Assembly: GCA_964548265.1 (NCBI GenBank)
Contig: CAZJPR010000001.1
Coordinates: forward strand, 37,770 to 101,709
DNA: 63,940 bases
Reading direction: 5' to 3'
Source of the DNA: an uncultured Candidatus Saccharibacteria bacterium
GTDB lineage: Bacteria > Patescibacteriota > Minisyncoccia > Phycocordibacterales > Phycocordibacteraceae
Shown: piece after piece, positions 25,292 through 34,605 of the stretch
Numbering within the stretch: the first letter of the stretch is position 1
How the letters are laid out: each line of letters opens with the position of its first letter
The notes under the pieces: generated by a model
What the model was told of the DNA's origin: nothing
The model's database searches: none
The model's input: the letters and a program-made list of their open reading frames with translations, nothing else
Program-made: the position numbers and the translations under genes

Positions 25292-26652
25292 CCAAGGGTC
25301 TTCTTAAATTCCTCGTACACGGTCTCCTTCTTTCCTTCAGGAACAATGCGTTCGGGAATGAACATTCCATTCTCAAAACGCGCACTTTTTATCTTCACTC
25401 GCAGCTTCTTTCCGCTTCGTTCTACAAAGAAATACGTTCCGGGAGATTCCGCATAGGCGCGGTACTTGTTCCAGTTCTCTTGCGCGTCTCCGGTAAGGTC
25501 GAGAAGGCCGTCTTCCTTCGCAATCTTTCCAGAATGGGTTGCCTGGGAATGATCCTGAGGCACCTCTTTTATTTCACCCGCTTCAAATGCCGGGAGGATA
25601 TCCGCGAGGAGATTTCCACCTTCCTCAATGAGGCGAGCACGCAGTTCGACGGTAGTCTCGGTGGGGAGGATAGGTGTTTCCTTTGCAGCGACAATAGCTC
25701 CAGCATCAAGTTCGTACACCATCTTCTGGATGGTCACACCGGTCACACTCTCGTTGTTAAGAAGAGCCCCCTCAACTGGCGAGGCACCTCGATACTTCGG
25801 AAGAAGGGAGTAGTGGATGTTGAGGACACCTTTAGGGAAGGAGCCAATGAGTTTCTCGGGCAGAATTTTCCCGAACGCGACCGCAATGCCGTAGGAAGCG
25901 TTGTAGCCTTGGATGGTCTTCTGTGCCTCCGCATCAAGGGTGTCGAGCGCAAGGACCGGCACATCGTGTGCGAGCGCCCACTCCTTAACGGGAGAAGACG
26001 TCATCTTCATGCCGCGTCCGCGTGGGGCATCGGCTGAGGTAACGATGAGCGCTGGGGTGAGGCCTCGGAAATAAAGAATCTCAAGCGTATCGGCGGCAAC
26101 GTAGGGGGTACCGAAGTACACAAAGGGTTCGTGTTCCATGTCTCCCACAGGCCCCGTTGCCCTGAGATCTGTGGCGTGATCTATGAAAAGGATGCCATCG
26201 AGGTGGTCAATCTCGTGCTGGTACGCTTGCGCAAGAATGCCACCACCACCGCGTTCAAATTTCTTCCCTGACTCGTCATAGGCAACAACAGTCGCACGCT
26301 CATGTCGCTCAGTTTTGCCGTACACACCTCGTACCGAGAGACATCCCTCGTCGACCTCCACTCGACGCCTCGAACTCTTTACAATCGAAGGGTTGATGAA
26401 CACACCAATATCAGGCGCCTTCGTACCCTCGGTATTCTGCGGAATCATGCGGTCATAGCGAACGATGAAGATGCGCCACGATAGTCCTATTTGCGGAGCA
26501 GCAAGTGCGACACCGTCTGGTTCACCATCGAGTGCCTCCTCCATATCACGGAGCATCTTGGTGAGCTCCGGTGTACCAAAAAGCTCGTGCGGCACTTCCT
26601 TTGCGGGCTCGCGAAGTACTGCCTCGCCGGTTTGTACGATAGGAAGCGGCAT
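25288..26652 (-). CDS. def-fmt: Fusion protein: peptide deformylase (N-terminal) + methionyl-tRNA formyltransferase (C-terminal)
   Basis: One uninterrupted 454-codon ORF. Def motifs: GVALAAPQIG, EGCLSV, HEIDHLDG. Fmt motifs: FVYFGTP, NIHYSLLPKYRGASP, ELDAGAI, followed by a C-terminal domain. Confidence 0.9.
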   Translation of the reverse strand: MPLPIVQTGEAVLREPAKEVPHELFGTPELTKMLRDMEEALDGEPDGVALAAPQIGLSWRIFIVRYDRMIPQNTEGTKAPDIGVFINPSIVKSSRRRVEVDEGCLSVRGVYGKTERHERATVVAYDESGKKFERGGGGILAQAYQHEIDHLDGILFIDHATDLRATGPVGDMEHEPFVYFGTPYVAADTLEILYFRGLTPALIVTSADAPRGRGMKMTSSPVKEWALAHDVPVLALDTLDAEAQKTIQGYNASYGIAVAFGKILPEKLIGSFPKGVLNIHYSLLPKYRGASPVEGALLNNESVTGVTIQKMVYELDAGAIVAAKETPILPTETTVELRARLIEEGGNLLADILPAFEAGEIKEVPQDHSQATHSGKIAKEDGLLDLTGDAQENWNKYRAYAESPGTYFFVERSGKKLRVKIKSARFENGMFIPERIVPEGKKETVYEEFKKTLG

Positions 26653-26654
26653 AC

Positions 26655-26939
26655 CTAGAAAGGGTTAGCGTCCTGGTGTTTCTTCGGGTCTACCTCCCAC
26701 CAGAACTTCTTGGAGAAGTTCTTTGCGCGCCTACAGACACTCTGGAGGTAGTAGAGGTCTTTGGTGGGGATGCCTTCAAGAATCTTACCCATGCGAGACA
26801 TGGTAAGAGGAGGTAGGCCGTCCTTGGAACGAGAGAGGTTGAGGTGTCGCGTGAAGAACCGCATCATCTCGCCTCGTTCGGTCTTACGCGTCCCCGATGG
26901 CTGTTGTGCCGGTGGTAGGAGGTCGCGTATATGCTTCAT
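26655..26939 (-). CDS. Hypothetical basic protein (94 aa)
   Basis: Clean ORF tightly packed between neighbouring genes. Its start overlaps the upstream stop by 4 nt. Confidence 0.5.
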   Translation of the reverse strand: MKHIRDLLPPAQQPSGTRKTERGEMMRFFTRHLNLSRSKDGLPPLTMSRMGKILEGIPTKDLYYLQSVCRRAKNFSKKFWWEVDPKKHQDANPF

Positions 26940-27724
26940 AAGTCGAGGAGGTAGAGCTTCTGATCTGAATAGACGACGATGGAATTCTCAGACCATGGAG
27001 CGACGCGTGGGTTGGTGCCGCGAAGTAGTGGCGCAAAGAATTGGGGAGCACGTGGGTCAAGTTCAAGAACGAACAGCGTCTGACCTACTGAGATGACGAG
27101 TGCGTCATCGCGGCCCGGATAGGGTAGTACCGCGTTGATGTGTTCAACTGGCGTCATGATGGCGGTTGGGCCGCAGTCCTCCTCAACACAGAGGTAGGGA
27201 GGCGGGGTGCAGGTTGCGGTGGTGCTGGCCTCTGCAACGATATTCTTTCCACTTACGTACACAAGGGCGCATCCTCCGGAAAGTGTAAGTGGAGCTTGGA
27301 GCGTAGGAAGCTTGGTCTTGCTTACCACTGCTGCAGCTTTTGCTGTGTCTTCTGCAGGCACGGCCATAACTGTCACTTTTACTGGAACGATGATCGGACG
27401 AGCAATGGTCTCAGTATCAGGGTCAATCGCGACGAGCTCATTCCAGGGCTGTGCACCTTCAGCGCTTACGATAACGACGTGGCTTCCTGGCAGCATGGCA
27501 ATACGCACAGAACCTCCTGCGCTCAGGCGGCTGTATGCCTCATCAACATAGACGGATGCGCCGGCGGGGACGTCCTCAAGTACGAGTGTTCCTACGCGGA
27601 CAATAGAGACACCTGGACCGATGCGGAAGCCGGTGAGGAAAAACAGGACAATCGCAGTGACGACCACGACAATCGTGATAAGAAGCCACCAGCGCTGTAG
27701 AAAGGAGTGTTTCTGCCGGGTCAT
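26936..27724 (-). CDS. Membrane-anchored hypothetical protein (possible PEGA-like domain)
   Basis: N-terminal TM helix (WWLLITIVVVVTAIVLFFL), then VLEDVPAGASVYVDEAYSRLSAGGSVRIAMLPGSHVVIVS, which resembles a PEGA domain. Confidence 0.5.
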   Translation of the reverse strand: MTRQKHSFLQRWWLLITIVVVVTAIVLFFLTGFRIGPGVSIVRVGTLVLEDVPAGASVYVDEAYSRLSAGGSVRIAMLPGSHVVIVSAEGAQPWNELVAIDPDTETIARPIIVPVKVTVMAVPAEDTAKAAAVVSKTKLPTLQAPLTLSGGCALVYVSGKNIVAEASTTATCTPPPYLCVEEDCGPTAIMTPVEHINAVLPYPGRDDALVISVGQTLFVLELDPRAPQFFAPLLRGTNPRVAPWSENSIVVYSDQKLYLLDL

Positions 27725-27759
27725 GGAGCAAAGATAGCAGGAAACGGGTTCTCTCGCAC

Positions 27760-29082
27760 CTAGCCCCCAAACGTCTCTACCGAAGCGCCTGCCTGGTTAA
27801 GGCGTGCGGCTATATCCTCGTAGCCGCGGTTGATGCTGTACACATTGCGGAGAGTGGAACGGCCTTCTGCGGCAAGCATGCCAATCAAGAGGATGGTTGC
27901 GGGGCGCAGTGCCGGCGGGCAGACGAGTTCAGCTCCGCGCAGGTGGCTTGGGCCGGTAATGTTTATACGGTGTGGGTCCAAAAGCTGGGTATCGGCACCG
28001 AGGCGGTCGAGCTCAGTGTAGTAAATGGCGCGCTTCTCGTAGACCCAGTCGTGTATGAGAGTGGTGCCCTCTGCTTGAGTTGCGATGACCGCAAAGAAGG
28101 GAAGGTTGTCGATGTTGAGGCCTGGGTACGGGCGCGCATGAATTTTTTCTGGGAAGGCAACGAGGTTTGAGGGCTCGAGTGCAATGTCGGCGAGCTTGGT
28201 GATGCCATTCTCTGACATTCCCACAGGAGTGACAGAGAATTTCAGCCCCATCTTCTCAAGTACGGAGAGTTCAACTTCAAGGAATTCAATTGGTGCGCGC
28301 TCAATAGTGAACTTTGAGCGTGTGACGACCGCAGCGGCAATAAAGAACATTGCGTCGGTTGGGTCTTCTGCAACTGAGTAGGACACATCAGTCTTAATCT
28401 CGGGAAGACCGGTGACGGTGAGGGTGGTGGTGCCAATGCCCTCGACGCCAACGCCAAGCATCTTAAGGTAACCGCACACTTCCTGCACCTGGTAGTTAGC
28501 GGATGCGTAGCGAAGGACGCTCGTGCCCTCTACGCGGGCGGCTGCCAAGAGGGCGTTGATAGTGGCCGTGTCGCTCGATTCGTAGAAGATGACGTTAGCA
28601 GGTGTAAGTGCAGCGTGACTGATGTGGAAGTGATCGGTCCTTGCTTCGATATCGACGCCGAAGTTCTCAAGTGCCCAAAGATGCGAACGCACTGAACGAA
28701 GTCCCAGTGTGCAGCCACCGGACTGTGGAAGATCAAACGATTTGAAATGGTGGAGCAGCGGACCGATGAACATGAGGATGCTCCTCGTGCGTGTGGCTGC
28801 AACACGGTCCATCGTGTCGAGCGAGAGCGTCTCTGGAGGGGTAACGGTGAGTGTGTGGTCGTTCCAAACTACCGAGACACCGATGGATTCCAACACCTCG
28901 ATGAGACGGTTCACCTCCTCAATCTTCGGGACGTTAAGGAGGGTGGTCGTTCCTTTATTCAAGAGCGAGGCAGCAAGCAGGGCGACCGCGCCGTTCTTAG
29001 AGCGGTTGGTCAGGACCGAGCCAGAAAGCTGTTTTCCACCGTCGACGCCGAAGCTAATCTCCTCTTTTGGCATTCCGGGCAT
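27760..29082 (-). CDS. murA: UDP-N-acetylglucosamine 1-carboxyvinyltransferase
   Basis: EPSP-synthase-fold MurA. QLSGSVLTNRSKNGAVALLAASLL and the catalytic-Cys loop LPQSGGCTLGLRSV. I chose the start at MPGMPKEE; the listed ORF extends to 29145. Confidence 0.92.
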   Translation of the reverse strand: MPGMPKEEISFGVDGGKQLSGSVLTNRSKNGAVALLAASLLNKGTTTLLNVPKIEEVNRLIEVLESIGVSVVWNDHTLTVTPPETLSLDTMDRVAATRTRSILMFIGPLLHHFKSFDLPQSGGCTLGLRSVRSHLWALENFGVDIEARTDHFHISHAALTPANVIFYESSDTATINALLAAARVEGTSVLRYASANYQVQEVCGYLKMLGVGVEGIGTTTLTVTGLPEIKTDVSYSVAEDPTDAMFFIAAAVVTRSKFTIERAPIEFLEVELSVLEKMGLKFSVTPVGMSENGITKLADIALEPSNLVAFPEKIHARPYPGLNIDNLPFFAVIATQAEGTTLIHDWVYEKRAIYYTELDRLGADTQLLDPHRINITGPSHLRGAELVCPPALRPATILLIGMLAAEGRSTLRNVYSINRGYEDIAARLNQAGASVETFGG

Positions 29083-29129
29083 TCTAGCATTTTTTGAACT
29101 CAACGCCCCTAGACTGTATGATGGTGCGA

Positions 29130-30143
29130 ATGGCTTTCTTCTCACCTCGTCTCGGCATCGACCTCGGCACCACCAACGTGCTCGTGTTCGTGCCAGGGAA
29201 GGGAGTGGTACTCAACGAGCCTTCGGTTGTTGCCGTCTCAGTTGAGAACAACAAGGTACTTGCTATCGGCACCGAGGCGAAGCAGATGGTAGGTCGCACA
29301 CCCGATTCCATCATTGCGTATCGTCCTATGAAGGACGGTGTTATTGCCGACTACCGTGTGACGGAAGCAATGCTTCGTTACTTTATGCGCAAGGCGCTTG
29401 GGAAGTGGAACATATGGAAACCAACGGTTCTTGTCTCCGTTCCTGCAGGAGTTTCTTCAACGGAGAAGCGCGCAGTTATCGAAGCCGCAGTGAAGGCAGG
29501 TGCTGCAGACGCTTTCGTGGTGAAAGAGCCAATTCTCGCAGCTATTGGTGCAGGCATTTCTATACAGGAACCAATGGGTCGCATGGTGGCTGACATGGGT
29601 GGCGGCACCATCGACGTAGCGGTGATTTCTCTTGGAGGCATCGTGGCGTCAACGAGCGTGAAGGTTGCAGGGAACGCGCTTGATCGCTCCATCATTGATT
29701 ACCTCAAGAAGCAGTACAACCTGGCCATTGGCGACAAGACGGCTGAGGACGTGAAGATAAAGGTGGGCGCTGCCGTACCGCTCGATGAAGAGCTTTCTAT
29801 GTCAGTGAAAGGCCGCGATCTTGTGTCGGGTCTCCCTCGAACGGTGGAGCTTCGTAGCAACGAGATTGTGACCGCAATGAACCGCGATCTGCGCGACATG
29901 ATGAATGCGATTCGCAAAGTACTTCAGGACACTCCACCAGAGCTTGCCTCCGACATCATCGACAACGGCATCATTCTTACGGGAGGCACGAGCCAACTTC
30001 GCATGATGCCTGAGCTGGTCTACCGCCGTACGGGCGTGGGCGCTAAGCTCGCACAGGATGCCTATTTCTGCGTAGCGCGCGGTACGGGTATTGCACTTCG
30101 TCATCTCGATACCTACAAGAAGAGCATTCTCGCCAAGCGATGA
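29130..30143 (+). CDS. mreB: Rod shape-determining actin homologue MreB (copy 1)
   Basis: LGIDLGTTNVLVFVPGKGVVLNEPSVVAV ... MKDGVIADY ... DMGGGTIDVAVISLGG ... GIILTGGTSQL. Alternative ATGs lie at 29118 and 29121. Confidence 0.9.
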   Translation: MAFFSPRLGIDLGTTNVLVFVPGKGVVLNEPSVVAVSVENNKVLAIGTEAKQMVGRTPDSIIAYRPMKDGVIADYRVTEAMLRYFMRKALGKWNIWKPTVLVSVPAGVSSTEKRAVIEAAVKAGAADAFVVKEPILAAIGAGISIQEPMGRMVADMGGGTIDVAVISLGGIVASTSVKVAGNALDRSIIDYLKKQYNLAIGDKTAEDVKIKVGAAVPLDEELSMSVKGRDLVSGLPRTVELRSNEIVTAMNRDLRDMMNAIRKVLQDTPPELASDIIDNGIILTGGTSQLRMMPELVYRRTGVGAKLAQDAYFCVARGTGIALRHLDTYKKSILAKR

Positions 30144-30814
30144 GCCACGCGTACTTTTTTGGAGGACAGGCAGAGGAGGGGATTGAGCGCTCTCTCGCGT
30201 TCATCGAGAAGGAACTGAAGCTTCCCACGACTGGAAATCCAGACGTGATGGTGGCGCGGTACGGCCTGCTCTCTGTCGACGATGCTCGTGTCCTCGGGGA
30301 CTTCGCGCGTCAGGCGCCAGTGACGGGAGAGAAGAAAGCCATCGTCATGTCTGCCGGTCGCTTTTTCCACGAGGCGCAGAATGCACTGCTGAAACTTTTC
30401 GAAGAACCACCTGAGGGCACCTATCTGTTTTTGGTGGTTCCATCGGAAGGGAACATACTCGCAACGCTTCGTTCACGCTTGCAGCCACTTCCTGGTGGTG
30501 GCGGGGAAGGTACGAACGCCATTGCTGAGGAGTTTCTTTCGGCGACTAAGGCAGCTCGCGAGAAGATACTAGAAAAAGTCCTCGATCGTGCGAAGTCTGA
30601 TAAAGATGAAGAGAAACGACTTGCTCGCATTGATGCTCGGCTTCTTGCCGAGGGCCTGTTGCTCGAAGCGTACACAAAGGAGCGAACGCCAGCGATGGCT
30701 GCCTTCCTTGAAGATCTGGATCGCTTCGTTCCCATCCTCCATGAAAGCTCAGCACCACTGAAGCCTATCTTTGAGCACCTTATGCTCATAATGCCAAAGG
30801 ATTTGGTACGATAA
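30140..30814 (+). CDS. holB: DNA polymerase III delta-prime-like subunit (short form)
   Basis: KKAIVMSAGRFFHEAQNALLKLFEEPPEGTYLFLVVPSEGNILATLRSRLQPL is the clamp-loader sensor/SRC-region pattern. Its start overlaps the mreB stop by 4 nt. Confidence 0.7.
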   Translation: MSHAYFFGGQAEEGIERSLAFIEKELKLPTTGNPDVMVARYGLLSVDDARVLGDFARQAPVTGEKKAIVMSAGRFFHEAQNALLKLFEEPPEGTYLFLVVPSEGNILATLRSRLQPLPGGGGEGTNAIAEEFLSATKAAREKILEKVLDRAKSDKDEEKRLARIDARLLAEGLLLEAYTKERTPAMAAFLEDLDRFVPILHESSAPLKPIFEHLMLIMPKDLVR

Positions 30815-30818
30815 TTCT

Positions 30819-31628
30819 ATGGCTCCTCATTCACTCGATCGCATCCAAGCTCCTGTTGAGATGTCTCCTCTTGAGGCAATTGATGCGCTATCAGAAATAG
30901 AACTTCTTGGTCTCGATAAGCCAAGACTCGAGCATGAAGTATCGACTAAGCATGAGGGAGAGTATCTCCCGCGCGCAGCTTTTGTGTTGCAATCACTTGC
31001 CCGAAACGAAGAGGCGCTCTCACGCTTCCTTTCTCGTTACGGAATTTCTTCAGGAGAATATGATGCAGAGAACAATCCCACTGGTCTTTTTGAACCCGGG
31101 TCCGGTCTTACGGAAGCAGATAAACAACGACGTATGTTGGTATTTGGCGCTCGGTTATGCGGTGTACCCACAGATATTCTTCGAAGTTTCTTCTCGTCAG
31201 AAAATACACTCCAAGGTGTCTCAACTGCTGCTCGGGAGAAGATAGGGGAGATTGATGTGCAGCGTGAAAGGTACCCAATCAGTCATATTCAGCAATTTCC
31301 TGCAGCGTATAAGGCATATCAGCGAGCGCGAGCACATGGCGCTCCAGAACTTGAAAGTATCTTTGATAAGGAGGCAACCATACCAGCCATAGGAGATTGG
31401 ATTGTACGACAGGGGTACCAGAGCGACCTTCTCTTCGAGCTAACATTAACAGTGCTCGCGGACGCACTTTCGGGAGGTAAAAGTATTAATGACATTGCTC
31501 GTGAGCGTCGAATGGAGGCAAGTAAGGTTAGGAACCTTCTACGCCCAGCAAAGTCAGGTCGCAAGGTATACTCTCAGGAAGTCCTTGGGCTCATAAAAAC
31601 AAGGCTCAAGAAAAACGAAGAATACTAG
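30819..31628 (+). CDS. Hypothetical protein with a C-terminal HTH-like segment
   Basis: 269 aa. GGKSINDIARERRMEASKVRNLL resembles a sigma region-4/LuxR-type HTH. Otherwise no motif recognised. Confidence 0.5.
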   Translation: MAPHSLDRIQAPVEMSPLEAIDALSEIELLGLDKPRLEHEVSTKHEGEYLPRAAFVLQSLARNEEALSRFLSRYGISSGEYDAENNPTGLFEPGSGLTEADKQRRMLVFGARLCGVPTDILRSFFSSENTLQGVSTAAREKIGEIDVQRERYPISHIQQFPAAYKAYQRARAHGAPELESIFDKEATIPAIGDWIVRQGYQSDLLFELTLTVLADALSGGKSINDIARERRMEASKVRNLLRPAKSGRKVYSQEVLGLIKTRLKKNEEY

Positions 31629-31634
31629 CATCCT

Positions 31635-32186
31635 ATGGCATACGACTTCACCAAACTCAAGAACAATATTAAGGAGACCGAGGAATGGCTCTCTCGGGAA
31701 TTCTCCGGCATCCGTACCGGACGCGCCTCCGTCGCGCTCCTTGATTCCATTAAGCCCGAAGTGTACGGCGCACGAACTCCCATCCAGCAGGTCGCCTCAC
31801 TTTCAGTCGAGGACGCCCGCACCATTCGCATCATTCCCTGGGACAAGGACAACGGCAAAGCAATCGAAAAAGCAATCGCTGAGGCAGACCTTGGTGTCTC
31901 CGCTTCAACGGACGACCAGGGATTGCGCGTTTCGTTCCCAGAACTTACTGCTGAGCGCCGCACACTCCTTATGAAGCTTGCGAACGAAAAACTTGAAGAT
32001 GCACGCGTGACGCTGCGTGGACACCGCAGTGAGACTATTCGTGAGATTGATGCGGCAGAGAAAGAGGGTGGCATGGGGATTGATGACGTGAAGCGGTATA
32101 AGGAAGAGGTACAGAAGCTCATCGATGGAGGCACTGCTGCACTTGAGGCACTTGCGAAGAAGAAGGAAAGTGAGATAAGCACCTAA
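31635..32186 (+). CDS. frr: Ribosome recycling factor
   Basis: 183 aa. GIRTGRASVALLDSIKPEVYG ... IEKAIAEADLGVSASTDDQGLRVSFPELTAERR matches RRF. Confidence 0.93.
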   Translation: MAYDFTKLKNNIKETEEWLSREFSGIRTGRASVALLDSIKPEVYGARTPIQQVASLSVEDARTIRIIPWDKDNGKAIEKAIAEADLGVSASTDDQGLRVSFPELTAERRTLLMKLANEKLEDARVTLRGHRSETIREIDAAEKEGGMGIDDVKRYKEEVQKLIDGGTAALEALAKKKESEIST

Positions 32187-33289
32187 TGTCTATTCTCATC
32201 TTCATACTGGTGCTGGTGGTGCTCATCGTGGTGCATGAGCTTGGCCACTTCTTTGCTGCTAAGTGGGCAGGGATGCGTGTGGACGAGTTCGGCATTGGCT
32301 ACCCACCGCGCGCAATGACGGTTGCGAAGAAAGGGGATACCGAGTACACCCTCAACTGGCTACCCTTTGGTGGTTTTGTGAAGATATACGGTGAGGATGA
32401 AAGCGAGGAGGGAGGGGCAGCGGCGCGTTCGTTTGTTAGTAAACCTCGCATCGTGCAGGCACTCGTGCTCATTGCGGGTATTGCGATGAATCTTGTGTTC
32501 GCTTGGGTACTGCTTTCCATAACACTAGGCCTTGGGGTGCCGCGTGCACTCACCTCAGAGGAAGCTCTTCATGCATCAGACGCAACTATCATGATTGCGA
32601 GCGTGCTTCCAGGCTCTCCTGCTGCAGGGGCGGGCATCAAAGCGGGTGACGCCATCGTTTCGGCAGCAGTGGGCGGAGAAGTGTTCTCAACTCCAGACCC
32701 GGAAGCCTTCACTGCTTTCATCGCAAAGGACACGACCGGGGAAGAGATTACGCTCACCATCGACCGAAACGGAGAGGAGACGACGGTGAACGCTACTCCA
32801 CGCCAGGGCGTTGCAGCGTCTGACCCTTCTCGCTACGCGCTCGGTGTCGGCGTGGGTCTTGTTGGCACACTAGCGGTTTCTCCGCTTGAAGCACCGATTG
32901 AAGGTGCGCGCATTACGTGGGAAGTGACCAAACAAACAGCAGTAGGACTTTGGAATTTCTTCGGCAGCATCTTTACGCTCTCCGCAGATCTCTCCCAGGT
33001 CTCGGGACCTGTCGGTATTGCAGGAGCGGTGGGAACCGCCGCAGGGAATGGGTTCGCCTCACTCCTTTCATTGACCGCGATCATCTCGGTGAATCTAGCG
33101 CTCATCAATCTGCTTCCCGTTCCAGCACTTGATGGGGGCAGACTCCTCTTTGTCATTATCGAATCTATTATCCGTCGCCCCATTCCGAAGGGTGTGGCAA
33201 CAGCAGTAAACACCGCAGGCTTTGCGTTCCTCATTCTTCTTATGTTCGCGATTACGGCGAGTGACCTGTTCAAACTCTTCACTACTTGA
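32186..33289 (+). CDS. rseP: RIP (site-2) zinc metalloprotease, M50 family
   Basis: HELGHFFAAK (HExxH), a central PDZ-like segment, and NLLPVPALDGGRL. Confidence 0.9.
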   Translation: MSILIFILVLVVLIVVHELGHFFAAKWAGMRVDEFGIGYPPRAMTVAKKGDTEYTLNWLPFGGFVKIYGEDESEEGGAAARSFVSKPRIVQALVLIAGIAMNLVFAWVLLSITLGLGVPRALTSEEALHASDATIMIASVLPGSPAAGAGIKAGDAIVSAAVGGEVFSTPDPEAFTAFIAKDTTGEEITLTIDRNGEETTVNATPRQGVAASDPSRYALGVGVGLVGTLAVSPLEAPIEGARITWEVTKQTAVGLWNFFGSIFTLSADLSQVSGPVGIAGAVGTAAGNGFASLLSLTAIISVNLALINLLPVPALDGGRLLFVIIESIIRRPIPKGVATAVNTAGFAFLILLMFAITASDLFKLFTT

Positions 33290-33364
33290 CTATTGGTTTA
33301 TAGTGTCCTCTAGTGTCAAGCTCCACATTTCCGCATACGGAATCTGTCCTATACAATAGCCCTG

Positions 33365-34603
33365 ATGCGGCAATCAGGGCTTTTTACACGCACGCGCCGT
33401 GAGGCGCCAAAGGATGAGGTCGCGAAGAACGCGCAGCTCCTCATTCGCGCTGGCTTCGTACACAAGGAGATGGCGGGCGTCTACTCCTACCTCCCACTTG
33501 GTATTCGTACCCTTACGAAGATTGAGAACATCATTCGCGAAGAGATGGACGCGCTTGGTGGCCAGGAACTTCGCATGGCAACGCTGCATCCTTCAGAGCC
33601 TTGGAAGCAAACAGGCGGATGGGACAGTGTTGATGTGCTTTTCAAACTAGAGAGTCGAACAGAGAAAGAGTACGCGCTGGGCCAAAGCGAAGAGGAAATT
33701 GTGACACCGATTGCTGGCGAGTACGCCCTGTCCTACAAAGACCTTCCACTCGCCGTGTATCAGATTGGGCAGAAGTATAGGGATGAACTACGAGCAAAGT
33801 CCGGCATCATGCGCGGACGCGAATTCGGTATGAAGGATATGTACTCCTTCCACGAGACGCAGGAAGACTTTGATCGCTTCTATCAGCGCGCCAAGGAGGC
33901 GTATCTGCGTATCTACACCCGTTGCGGACTTGTAGCCAAGGTCACCGAGGCTTCAGGAGGCGCGTTCTCTGAGAAACTTTCCTACGAGTTCATGGTGCTC
34001 ACCGATGCCGGAGAGGACGATATTTTATACTGTGATTCCTGCACGCACTGCGCAAACGTTGAAGTTTCAAAGCAGAAAGAAGGAGACATCTGCGAAAAGT
34101 GCGGAAAGGGCACGCTCGCGCTCGGTAAGGCATCGGAAGTTGGCAACGTGTTCGATCTTGGACAGAAGTATCCAAAGGCGCTCAACTACACCTACAAGGA
34201 CAAGGAAGGGAAGGACCAGTACCCAATCATGGGCTGCTACGGCATTGGCACCACCAGGCTCATGGGCACCATCGTTGAAACCATGGCAGACGACAAGGGT
34301 ATGGTGTGGCCGGAATCAGTTGCGCCGTTTACGATGCATCTCGTCTCACTTGCTCCCGACGATGCTGACGTGCTTGCGTTTGCTGATTCGCTATACAACG
34401 ACCTCAGTTCAAAAGGTGTCGCCGTCCTCTATGACGACCGTGGAGCGCGTGCAGGAGAGAAGTTGAACGATAGTGATCTTATCGGTATCCCTACCAGACT
34501 TATTGTCGGCAAGGAGACAGTGAAGAGTGGAGAGGTAGAAGTTATTTCACGCGCCACAGGGGAGATGAAGAAAAGGTCACGCGAGGAGGTACTCTCGATG
34601 TAA
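33365..34603 (+). CDS. proS: Prolyl-tRNA synthetase, bacterial-type core lacking the INS editing domain, with a Cys-rich mini-insertion
   Basis: Class II motifs (YQIGQKYRDELRAKSGIMRGREFGMKDMYSF; GCYGIGTTRL) plus an anticodon-binding domain. Only about 45 aa lie between motifs 2 and 3, and they include CDSCTHC...CEKC. Confidence 0.88.
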   Translation: MRQSGLFTRTRREAPKDEVAKNAQLLIRAGFVHKEMAGVYSYLPLGIRTLTKIENIIREEMDALGGQELRMATLHPSEPWKQTGGWDSVDVLFKLESRTEKEYALGQSEEEIVTPIAGEYALSYKDLPLAVYQIGQKYRDELRAKSGIMRGREFGMKDMYSFHETQEDFDRFYQRAKEAYLRIYTRCGLVAKVTEASGGAFSEKLSYEFMVLTDAGEDDILYCDSCTHCANVEVSKQKEGDICEKCGKGTLALGKASEVGNVFDLGQKYPKALNYTYKDKEGKDQYPIMGCYGIGTTRLMGTIVETMADDKGMVWPESVAPFTMHLVSLAPDDADVLAFADSLYNDLSSKGVAVLYDDRGARAGEKLNDSDLIGIPTRLIVGKETVKSGEVEVISRATGEMKKRSREEVLSM

Positions 34604-34605
34604 CT

